Source: a virus (Duplodnaviria; Caudoviricetes). Taken from it: a DNA stretch of 64,000 bases. The notes under the pieces are model-generated. The model worked only from the letters and a program-made list of their open reading frames with translations, searched no databases and was not told where the DNA came from. The position numbers were made by a program, and so were the translations under genes. This document shows, one piece after another, positions 1 through 8,830 of the stretch. The stretch lies in IMG/VR virus record IMGVR_UViG_3300037189_030782; one strand, given 5' to 3'. Each line of letters opens with the position of its first letter. Positions within the stretch are counted from its first letter, which is position 1.

Positions 1-2
1 GC

Positions 3-590
3 GGTCCGTTAGAGGGACAGTATCATCTCTACTTTCATATACCGAATGACTTTGCATGCCCAGAAGTCTATATTGACCTGTGGTATTATTATGCTACTGA
101 CCCTTGTGATTACGGCACAGGTTGCCCTACGTGTCCATTAGATGATCCAGCCAATGAAGCAAAGCTGCTTAAGTGTTGTCACCAGTTTTGGGTCTACCCA
201 AATAACTGGTTCTGCGACGATGGGTTAGAGACTGTAAGATTCGGATTCGAACCTTTAGACCAAAAATTCTACAGTCCGGAATTTCGGCCACTCGAAGTTG
301 GGCTGATGCCTTTGCCATTATATGACTACAATTATAATCTGGTCGACCCCATGATACCGTTTCTTCAACCTTACATCACCATTACTACGCAAAATTGCGA
401 GACGATAATAAAAGACGCTCCTTGCACCATAGGGTTAAGACAAGGGTCATTCAGGGCTAATCCGTATGTGATTCAATATCCATTAAATACTACCGATTTT
501 CTGAAGGGCACCTATAACTATCAGATTAAATTAGTATTACCAAATGGTCAATCACGTGTGTCAAAACGCTACGTGTTGAGCATCCAATAG
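3..590 (+). CDS. Hypothetical protein, 5'-truncated by the window edge
   Basis: Frame 3 is open from base 3 (GPLEGQYHLYFHIPNDFACPEV...) into the tracked ORF 306..590. Confidence 0.6.
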   Translation, partial: GPLEGQYHLYFHIPNDFACPEVYIDLWYYYATDPCDYGTGCPTCPLDDPANEAKLLKCCHQFWVYPNNWFCDDGLETVRFGFEPLDQKFYSPEFRPLEVGLMPLPLYDYNYNLVDPMIPFLQPYITITTQNCETIIKDAPCTIGLRQGSFRANPYVIQYPLNTTDFLKGTYNYQIKLVLPNGQSRVSKRYVLSIQ

Positions 591-603
591 TATTGAACTA
601 GCT

Positions 604-1650
604 ATGGGAAAATCGAACATACCAGCTGGTAAGATAAAAGCATGGGTAGCTAAGCGGTTTCAGTTCAAGGAAAGGAAAGATGGCGTAGAATTAGTATTAA
701 ACAATCCCTTAACGTATGATGACGGTGAGCATTTTAGCATAAACATCGAGAAAGGTGTCTGCGGTGATTGGCGCGGTAACGAGTGGGCAGGCCCAATCAC
801 TCATACTGGAAAACGCAATACTAGTTTCCTGAATTTCGTATCGAAAGTCCTAAAGTGCAGTATCAGAGAGGCGTTGAAGTCAGTATTAGGAGACCATGCT
901 GACTTGTATGCGGTCAGCAAAGAGCAAATTAGCAAGCCGGATCCTAGAATCATAGCAATACCTGCGGAGTTCAAGCCGATCAGTGGAGATACAGAAGACC
1001 AGCAGTCATTGATCTCTTTAATGTACTTGTTAAAAAGAGGATACTCGGATGTTGAGATAACGAAAGGAAATCTGCATGTCAATGGCGTCACGGTTCTTTG
1101 GCCATACTACGAGTTCGGTGAATTGGTCTATTGGCAAAGCCGAAGTGTGATTAATAAAGCATTTAATTTTCCTACTAATGTAGTCGATGTGGACGGTAGT
1201 AAGATTGGTAAGAGTGATTTTTTATATGGCTTCGATGATTGTGAGCCAAACCGGTATCTAATTTTGGTAGAGGCGATTTTCGATAAAATGACGTTGGGTG
1301 ATCAATGCTGTGCCATCGGCGGTGCGATGCTAACTGAGAAGCAAGCTCGTAAAGTCTGTTTTCTTAAGCCTAAGTCTGGCATCATTCTTGCGGTCGATAA
1401 TGATTTAGCTGGGCTTAGGAGCATCATATCCAATCATGGCATCTTAAAACCCCATGGCTTTAAGTTGTTCTATGCGATACCACCATCGGGGGCTAAAGAT
1501 TGGAACGAGTGTATCACTGAGCGCGGTTTAGATAAACCAAGTATCAGAAGGGCGATGGCTGATAGCATACAGCTTTTAGATATGCAAGCATTAATTAAAA
1601 TAACAAGACAGATAGCTGCAGCTGAAAAAGACAAAAAAAAGAGATCATAG
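604..1650 (+). CDS. Phage DNA primase (TOPRIM, DnaG/T4 gp61-like)
   Basis: TOPRIM motifs LVEAIFD, LAVDNDLAG (DxD) and KDWNE; core YWQSR...F...KS...LYG. Confidence 0.8.
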   Translation: MGKSNIPAGKIKAWVAKRFQFKERKDGVELVLNNPLTYDDGEHFSINIEKGVCGDWRGNEWAGPITHTGKRNTSFLNFVSKVLKCSIREALKSVLGDHADLYAVSKEQISKPDPRIIAIPAEFKPISGDTEDQQSLISLMYLLKRGYSDVEITKGNLHVNGVTVLWPYYEFGELVYWQSRSVINKAFNFPTNVVDVDGSKIGKSDFLYGFDDCEPNRYLILVEAIFDKMTLGDQCCAIGGAMLTEKQARKVCFLKPKSGIILAVDNDLAGLRSIISNHGILKPHGFKLFYAIPPSGAKDWNECITERGLDKPSIRRAMADSIQLLDMQALIKITRQIAAAEKDKKKRS

Positions 1651-1920
1651 GACGTGTTTTTTAATGATATTTGCGTATTCCATTTTGTATTCACGGTAAT
1701 TAGCATTTACATCAATCATGTTTTTCAGTGTATGATATCGCATTTTACCCGAGTAGTTTTTCCATTCTGCTGCTAAAGCTTTCAGCGCAGCGACTTCTTC
1801 ACTACCGAACGCTGTGGATAACACTCCGCAATATTTGTTATTCTTGTTACCTAAATATAATATAAGCACTTCACTAGGTGACTTTCCTGGTAATACGTAA
1901 GAAAGGTTCCAAATTTCCAT
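1645..1920 (-). CDS. Hypothetical protein (91 aa)
   Basis: ORF fills the gap between primase and the next + gene; no family recognised. Confidence 0.5.
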   Translation of the reverse strand: MEIWNLSYVLPGKSPSEVLILYLGNKNNKYCGVLSTAFGSEEVAALKALAAEWKNYSGKMRYHTLKNMIDVNANYREYKMEYANIIKKHVL

Positions 1921-3262
1921 GGCTGGATCACCACCGACATCTAAAGCATCATATTTTTATGTATCATTTCAAGTGGGACACTTCGGTACGCCGACTGATG
2001 ATTACGGCTCAAAGGTGTTTTCAGCGGAATTCACCGGAATGGTCAATAATGGTTACAGTGTCACATTTCGTGTAAATGATGCATTCTTGCTTTTGCTTAA
2101 CGATTTAATAGCTAGAGATTATCTTAAGACAGCAAAAAAGGAACCATTGTATATCGAATTTCAGTACCGTAATGCAAGTGGCGATGTGACCATACCGGAT
2201 AATGCCACGCCGCTACGCACTGCTATCGTGACCACTATGGAGTTTTGTCAAGGTCCATTTGAGAAGGGCCAAGCCGAGATTACCGCTGTGGACCCTGCGA
2301 CCTATTTCCTCAGTACATCTTTTGCTGACGGTGGTGTGTTGGTAGGCAGCCTTGACCAAGCATTAACCAAATTATTTAATAATGTGCTCTTATATGTCAC
2401 CACTACGGTTACAAAATTCCGTGGATCGGATACAATGAGATGGTATTTGCTCAGAATGGATTATAAGACGTTCTTAATGAATTTGCTCGAATATGGTGCA
2501 GCGTTAACATATGATCAGACTGGTATTATTATCGAGACGGATGGTTTCACTCTTAATATAGGAACGCAGGGACAGATACCTAGCAGACAGAGGAGATTTT
2601 ATAGCGCAGGTCAGGGTCTGCCCAATACCCTTCTTACTGGCCGAATAATTTCTAACAATAGCCAATTCGTAGTAGCTGGCGCCATTTCTAGCGCAGGGAC
2701 ACCGAGCACATATAATGCGTATTTCAGTAATGATAACCAGTCAGTATTTAATAATTACCCTGTTTATTCATACTGCGTAGTGGGAGAAAATTACACTGCC
2801 ACTAAACAAATCCCCAAAGTATCGCCTGCGGGTAGCTTTGAAGGTCCGGACCCTGGCTCAGTAGTCGATGTTGTCACTAACCCACAAACGCAGATTGCAC
2901 TTGGTATCGGGATGACGAATTTCAATTCAATGCCAGAAATGTACTCTGGGGGTGAGATAGGTGTGCCATATCAAGATTATCTCGATGGGAAGGCCAGAGC
3001 TTATTATTTCGGTCTTCTAAACAATGAATTGAAAGGCGTAATAACTGTTCCAGGTGACGGTGAATTTGCAGACACCAAAGGCCTTGGTGTCGATACAGTG
3101 TACATTAGATGGGCTTTAGCAAACGAGCAGGGACCATATTGGGCAAATGGTAATTGGTGTGTATATGGTTTTCGTCATACGTTTAAGATAACGACAGGAT
3201 GGCTGACTGACATTTATGTAAGCCGGTGGGATTCTAACGGGACCGGAGTTCAAGTGCCGTAG
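1919..3262 (+). CDS. Putative baseplate hub protein (gp27/Mu gp44-like)
   Basis: C-terminal GVITVPGD...GNWCVYGFRHTF...GWLTDIYVSR resembles hub proteins; lies just upstream of the tape measure gene. Confidence 0.5.
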   Translation: MAGSPPTSKASYFYVSFQVGHFGTPTDDYGSKVFSAEFTGMVNNGYSVTFRVNDAFLLLLNDLIARDYLKTAKKEPLYIEFQYRNASGDVTIPDNATPLRTAIVTTMEFCQGPFEKGQAEITAVDPATYFLSTSFADGGVLVGSLDQALTKLFNNVLLYVTTTVTKFRGSDTMRWYLLRMDYKTFLMNLLEYGAALTYDQTGIIIETDGFTLNIGTQGQIPSRQRRFYSAGQGLPNTLLTGRIISNNSQFVVAGAISSAGTPSTYNAYFSNDNQSVFNNYPVYSYCVVGENYTATKQIPKVSPAGSFEGPDPGSVVDVVTNPQTQIALGIGMTNFNSMPEMYSGGEIGVPYQDYLDGKARAYYFGLLNNELKGVITVPGDGEFADTKGLGVDTVYIRWALANEQGPYWANGNWCVYGFRHTFKITTGWLTDIYVSRWDSNGTGVQVP

Positions 3263-3274
3263 CGGTAACCCAAA

Positions 3275-3288
3275 TATAAATTTGGAGG
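3275..3288 (+). promoter_or_regulatory. T4-late-like TATAAAT box and GGAGG SD upstream of the tape measure gene
   Basis: caaaTATAAATttGGAGGccgcataATG. Confidence 0.35.
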
Positions 3289-3295
3289 CCGCATA

Positions 3296-6200
3296 ATGGC
3301 AGATATCAACAAATACGCACTTCAGCTGCAGATTCAATTAGATCAAGAGATCCTTCGTACTGCGATCGACGATGTCTCAGAGCAGTTTGCGCAGCTTGAG
3401 CAGCAAATTGAAAGTCAAATAAATGCAGCATTCATGGAAGTGGTTGGCACCGTTGGCGTCATGTCTGTAGAGCTTAATAAATTCAAGGACATCACTACCA
3501 ATAATTTAACTATGCCGTTACAGTTCTATAATAGGCTTCTTTTACAGAGTGTGGCACATAGCACAGCATATGCGGACACGCTAGAACGAGCCAAAGGTTC
3601 TACAGATAATTTGGTAGTTAGCAGCACTGCTTTGGTTACACATAGTACAGCTTACGCCAAAGAGCTAGCGGAAGCAACAGGACGAGTCGGTGAACTGATA
3701 GACGGCACGAAGGCCATCGGAGATATTAGCAATACTTATTTAGCTACGGTTGAACAAACCACTAAGGCGGTTGCAGGCTATACTGATAATATAACAAATA
3801 GCGTCACAGCAAGCAAGGAACACTTCGATGTACTAAAAGCCACGAATAAGGTTGTCGCTAATTTGACGGTGCCTCAAAGTGTAAACACGGCATTGACAAT
3901 GATGCGCAGTCAGTTTGGTAGTCTAGGAGAGATGTCCAAGCTGTCTAACGAGCAATTTGCAGCGTTGAGCACTAATTTAGACGCAGAATTCATGGCTACC
4001 AGCCTAGAAGGCATTGGCGAAATATGGGCAAGCTTGAGTGTTGACCAGCAGAAGTATTTTGCTCAGTATGCAAAATTAGCAGCAGTGCAATTAAATGGCA
4101 TTCAAAAAGAAGGTGGTAGTTTAAACGAGCATCAAAAATCACTGGTAAAAATAACCGACACCATTAAGACTAAAAACAAGAATCACGAGACTGAACTTGA
4201 TATGGTCATGAAGGAAAGTGGGCAATTCCTTCTGCTAAATAAGCTTTCGGAAGGCTTTGGTACAAAGTTAGCCACGGCTGTAAAGGTTGGCACACAGCTT
4301 TATAGCGTCGCTTCTTCGGTCGTAGGCGAATTAAGGAAATGGGATGCTCCGGATGATTTCATAGAAGCGAATTACAGAATGATAGCTGGACAGTACGATT
4401 TGGCTTCGGCAATGGAGACCACCGCTGGCGCATATGGCATTACATCTCAAGCTGCTACTGAGGCCACCAAGGCTTTGATAAGCAATGGCGTCGCCACTAA
4501 AGGTAATTTCGCTGAGACTATGAAATTAGTTGGCACATTCGGGCAGCTAGCAAGGGTAACTGGTGTTAGCATACAAACGCAAGCCACGCTTGCGCGTAAC
4601 TTAAAATCAGTTGGGATGTCCCTGGAAGATACGTCCCGCATCATGGGTACTACCGCAGTGGCGATGCGTACGATGGGCCTATCTGCGGACGATGCGAGGA
4701 ATCATATCGATGCGTTGAATTCGTTGATAGAAGAATCTGGAGTCATCCTAGGTAAGGAAGGGGTCGAATCTGCAAATAAGTTGGGGCTTGCATTCGCAAA
4801 AACAGCACGCGAGATCGGTATTGCCACCAAAGAAACTAGCAAGCTAGTGAGAGAGCTGTCCGACGTGACTAGTAACTTATCCCTCATGGCTAATATCAAT
4901 GAGACGGATAGCTTAACCGACAAAATGCGTAAAGCTGGGAACGTGATAGGCCCCATGGTAAATGGGATGGGACAATTAGGTGAAAAGATAAAAGCTGGTA
5001 CAGCTTTAAGTGCGTACGAAGGCTTAGCCTTGAAGCAGATGGCCGATTCAGTCGGCATGAACGTCAATCAGTTCAAGTTGCTATATATCCAATCTTCGAA
5101 GACTGGCGCTGAGCTAGCCAAGATGGAAGCAGAAATTAACGATGCAGCTGAGCAAGCGAAAAGCGCAGCTAAGATAAACGACATGTACACTGAAAGTATG
5201 GAAAACTTCAGCAAGCAAGTAGAAGGAATCTGGAACGAAATAAAAACGATCGTCTTGCCGGTGGTTTACACTTTCATGCATGCTTTAACAGCTGTATTGT
5301 GGGTCTTCCGTGCTATCACGTATACCTTAGCCGCCATCATTGGTCCATTTATGTCATTTGCAAGTGCTACCAATGAATCGGCTTTCGGATTAGAGATTTT
5401 TACAGGGATAGCCACGCCGTTAATTGATCTTTTTAGAATGTTAGGCTCTGGCCTATCTTATCTTGCCTCAATGTTTAACTTTTTCGGTGATAATCTGAAT
5501 AAAGCTTGGAACGAATTAACCTGGGTCGAAGCGGCTGCTAAACTCGTTTTAAGCGCTTTCAAAATGGTAGCGCAAGTCATTATGTTAGTACTTGGCGCTG
5601 TTGTGATATGGTTAGTTGTCGGTGGTCAATTAATCACATTCTTTAATGTGTTAGCTAGTACGATAGGTTTTTCAGGTGGTTCAATAGCCACGACTGGTGC
5701 GACGATGCTTTCTAGACTAGCCACGAGCTTCACGTCATTTGTGACAAATGTGTCTGGTTCGTTAAGTACGTTCTTTACGAGAGTAGCGCAAGGTATTGGC
5801 ACATTCCTAACTAGCATAGCAAATGCAATGTTATCGGCGTCAAGGGTCTTAGGACGCATAGCTACGAATTTAGCACCTGCGGTGCCGGTTCTATTGGCTA
5901 TTGGCGTGGCATTAATTTTGGCGGCGGCTGGCGTGTATATCTTTGCTATGAGCTTGCAGATGCTAGCCGCAAATGCAGTGACTGCATTGGTGGCGGTAGT
6001 GGTATTGGGCTTGTTCATTTGGGCTTTGGTGGCTATAGCTGCTGGCGCTACTGCCGCTTTACCTGTGTTATTGCCCTTAGCGGCTGTGCTACTGGCAGTG
6101 GCAGTGGTTGCCGCAGCAGTTGGTCTGGCGGTAATGATGGTAGGATTAGGATTTCAGTATGCTGCTCAGGGGGTGGCTATCCTTGCTGAGCATCTTACTG

Positions 6201-7909
6201 CTGAATTAGCATTTAACATGCTACTGGCAGCGTCTGCTATGTATGTGCTTGCTCTTAGTATTGCGGTTCTGGCTATAGCTGCGTGGTATGGTGCGCCAGG
6301 GATTTTTTTCTTGGCTTTTAGTTTAATGATAGTGGCTGCAGCTGTGCTGTTGGCTGCATACGGCATGGAGTGGCTAGGCTCAGGCATGGTTGCTTTGGGT
6401 GATGGAGTAGCTAATCTTGCTAGCTCATTTTCAGCCGGACTGATTGGCAACCTGTTTATGCTCGGAGCTGCAATAGCGTGGCTTTTTTGGTCTGCGACAG
6501 GATTAGGTTGGTTATCTGAAGCATTCTTGAAGCTAGGCACTGGGATGCAGATGTTTGCAGATGGCGTGACAGCGTTAAGCGCCGGAGCCTTGATACAGTT
6601 TGCAACAGATATCAAGCAGGCAGCGGAGCTATTGGGTCCCGCCATGGAAGCGTTGGAACCAGCTATCGAAGCTGTTAAGGCTTCGGTTAATGGGCTGATA
6701 ATGGCTGGAATCCAGTTGTCTATTGGAGCCAGTTTCCTTGCGTACGGCGCTTTGATGATATATGTTTCAGCAGTTGCGTTATATAACGCTGGCGACATGA
6801 TGTATGAGGGCGCGATTGCTCTTCAGTATAATGCGATATTGCTATCGGAGTCAGCGCCCTTACTGCTTGAAGCAGCTACTATATTGTTAATGGCTGCTGT
6901 GCCTCTATTATTAGCCAGCATTGGCTTGCTCTTTGCAGCATATTTTCTATTAATAGCGGCGATAATATTAGTGCCTGGGTCTATCATCTTGTCATACGCA
7001 TCAGTCATCTTGTTATTTGCATCTACTGTCTTATACCTATCATCGCTGTTTATGTACCCTGCTAGCGAATGGCTGTTGATATCTTCAGCCCTGTTAATTG
7101 AAGCTGCTATTCAGATTTTAATCGGAGCTCTCATTTTGCTACATGCAGCAGTTGTCTTAGCTTTCGCTGTGACCTTTTTATACTATGGAGCTTGGTCACT
7201 GTTAAGTTTAGCTGCTATTTTCTACGTTGCTAGCGTTGCGTTAATATTCCCAGTACTATTATTTAACCTGGTCGCTGAGGGTATTTTAGTCGGTTCTAAA
7301 AATTTGGGTACTGCTGCCGACTTGCTGAATGAAGCTGGTAAAGCGTTCACTGGGGCGTCCGCTGCGTTTCAGGCTGCATCGCTGGCTATGAATCAGACAG
7401 TAGACCCCTTGGTCTTTGTAATACGGAAGTTAACCAACAGCGGCATCGTTGAAAATCTTACTGCTTTCGCTGTGAGTATTACTGATCCGATTACTAAGAT
7501 AGCTAGCGCCTTTGGAGAGTTGGCAGATAGCATTAACAAATATGTGACTGCCATGTTGGAATTAAGCCGATATGACGCTGAAATTGGTGGTGCGATGGCT
7601 AGGCAGCAGGAGCAGCTTACTAGTCTTTCAGACTACGCAAGTAGCACAGAAACATTGACGTCGCCGGTGATTGGTGGTAATGTGATGCCCGATGATGTGA
7701 TGGCGCAGCCGCTAGCGTCAAATCGTCGTGCCACAGTAACGTATGGGTCTCAGCAGAGAGCTGCTGCGACTGGTTTCAATACGACTAGCTACGACAAGAC
7801 AGATATCACTCCGATGGTTGAAAAACTGGAAGAAGTGCGGTTATTATTGGAAAATATGCTACCAGATCTTGCTAGGCGTCAGCGCAGCCAATTAGGAGAG
7901 TGGATTTAA
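3296..7909 (+). CDS. Tail tape measure protein (1537 aa)
   Basis: Very long Ala/Leu/Gly-rich helical protein with long hydrophobic segments, located upstream of baseplate genes. Confidence 0.8.
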   Translation: MADINKYALQLQIQLDQEILRTAIDDVSEQFAQLEQQIESQINAAFMEVVGTVGVMSVELNKFKDITTNNLTMPLQFYNRLLLQSVAHSTAYADTLERAKGSTDNLVVSSTALVTHSTAYAKELAEATGRVGELIDGTKAIGDISNTYLATVEQTTKAVAGYTDNITNSVTASKEHFDVLKATNKVVANLTVPQSVNTALTMMRSQFGSLGEMSKLSNEQFAALSTNLDAEFMATSLEGIGEIWASLSVDQQKYFAQYAKLAAVQLNGIQKEGGSLNEHQKSLVKITDTIKTKNKNHETELDMVMKESGQFLLLNKLSEGFGTKLATAVKVGTQLYSVASSVVGELRKWDAPDDFIEANYRMIAGQYDLASAMETTAGAYGITSQAATEATKALISNGVATKGNFAETMKLVGTFGQLARVTGVSIQTQATLARNLKSVGMSLEDTSRIMGTTAVAMRTMGLSADDARNHIDALNSLIEESGVILGKEGVESANKLGLAFAKTAREIGIATKETSKLVRELSDVTSNLSLMANINETDSLTDKMRKAGNVIGPMVNGMGQLGEKIKAGTALSAYEGLALKQMADSVGMNVNQFKLLYIQSSKTGAELAKMEAEINDAAEQAKSAAKINDMYTESMENFSKQVEGIWNEIKTIVLPVVYTFMHALTAVLWVFRAITYTLAAIIGPFMSFASATNESAFGLEIFTGIATPLIDLFRMLGSGLSYLASMFNFFGDNLNKAWNELTWVEAAAKLVLSAFKMVAQVIMLVLGAVVIWLVVGGQLITFFNVLASTIGFSGGSIATTGATMLSRLATSFTSFVTNVSGSLSTFFTRVAQGIGTFLTSIANAMLSASRVLGRIATNLAPAVPVLLAIGVALILAAAGVYIFAMSLQMLAANAVTALVAVVVLGLFIWALVAIAAGATAALPVLLPLAAVLLAVAVVAAAVGLAVMMVGLGFQYAAQGVAILAEHLTAELAFNMLLAASAMYVLALSIAVLAIAAWYGAPGIFFLAFSLMIVAAAVLLAAYGMEWLGSGMVALGDGVANLASSFSAGLIGNLFMLGAAIAWLFWSATGLGWLSEAFLKLGTGMQMFADGVTALSAGALIQFATDIKQAAELLGPAMEALEPAIEAVKASVNGLIMAGIQLSIGASFLAYGALMIYVSAVALYNAGDMMYEGAIALQYNAILLSESAPLLLEAATILLMAAVPLLLASIGLLFAAYFLLIAAIILVPGSIILSYASVILLFASTVLYLSSLFMYPASEWLLISSALLIEAAIQILIGALILLHAAVVLAFAVTFLYYGAWSLLSLAAIFYVASVALIFPVLLFNLVAEGILVGSKNLGTAADLLNEAGKAFTGASAAFQAASLAMNQTVDPLVFVIRKLTNSGIVENLTAFAVSITDPITKIASAFGELADSINKYVTAMLELSRYDAEIGGAMARQQEQLTSLSDYASSTETLTSPVIGGNVMPDDVMAQPLASNRRATVTYGSQQRAAATGFNTTSYDKTDITPMVEKLEEVRLLLENMLPDLARRQRSQLGEWI

Positions 7910-8523
7910 TGGCGACCCTTACAAGCTATGACAAAGCAGCTGCGGAAACTTGCGTGTTACTCTATGCCGATGGAATTCAGCAGGAGTTCCAGTTCCCTCC
8001 AAAAGTTACGAGCGACGACGCCAATTTGGAATGGAATAGTACCGCAGGATCTGCATATACTGGCGAAATACTTTTTCCAAAATCAATTAAAAATCGTACG
8101 TTAAAGTTAGAATGGACGTACCTACCAGGCTTCGATGGCTGGAGCATAGCGGATGTCCAAATTCAAGTTCGCAATTTCAGAGGTTTTATCTATGCTGGTG
8201 TGCTGGCGGACAAAGAAGCATCTACTTATGCATTTGCAATAGATTTCAAATACCCAGGAATTACGGGCGATAGCACGCAGACAGTGGCGATGAGTGACAT
8301 GTCAGTAAAATACTCTGACACGATGTACACTAGTCCGATTGTGTATCCGACTAAGGTAGATCTCTCATGTACGCTAAAGCTATGGTATAATGTTGCCGCT
8401 GGCAAAAAGGCTGGTGAAGATGCGAAAAGCGCAAAGCCAGACCCCAAAAATCCTAATCCTCAACCGAAGGTAGATGATGATGGTGGTTTAAATCTTAAAA
8501 ATGTAAGTTATGCGTGGTACTAA
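7909..8523 (+). CDS. Tail-tube initiator / baseplate gp48-gp54-like protein
   Basis: FQFPPKVTSDD..LEWNS...TLKLEWTY pattern; position between tape measure and gp53-like gene. Start moved to the ATG in the TAATG overlap. Confidence 0.45.
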   Translation: MATLTSYDKAAAETCVLLYADGIQQEFQFPPKVTSDDANLEWNSTAGSAYTGEILFPKSIKNRTLKLEWTYLPGFDGWSIADVQIQVRNFRGFIYAGVLADKEASTYAFAIDFKYPGITGDSTQTVAMSDMSVKYSDTMYTSPIVYPTKVDLSCTLKLWYNVAAGKKAGEDAKSAKPDPKNPNPQPKVDDDGGLNLKNVSYAWY

Positions 8524-8524
8524 T

Positions 8525-8830
8525 ATGGCAAGCAATGTTTCTAGATATAATAAAACCAAAATGCTGACCTACCAGCAGCAATCTACCTATGGCGTGTGGG
8601 TTGTGCCAATTGATTTAGCCAGTATCCCAGAAGATCGTATATCAACATACGTTGTGACCACAGGGTTAGCCGGGCGGGCCGATATTATCGCTGGCTATTT
8701 ATACGGTAACCCACAGTACGATTGGGTTTTGTACACATACAATAATGTTGTCGATACAATAAATTGGCCACCAGTTGGATTGGTTATAAAATATCCAATT
8801 GCATCTTACCTGCTACCACGGATTTCGTAA
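8525..8830 (+). CDS. Baseplate wedge gp53-like / LysM tail protein
   Basis: TYVVT..GRADIIAGYLYGNPQYDWVLYTYNN...GLVIKYP. Confidence 0.65.
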   Translation: MASNVSRYNKTKMLTYQQQSTYGVWVVPIDLASIPEDRISTYVVTTGLAGRADIIAGYLYGNPQYDWVLYTYNNVVDTINWPPVGLVIKYPIASYLLPRIS

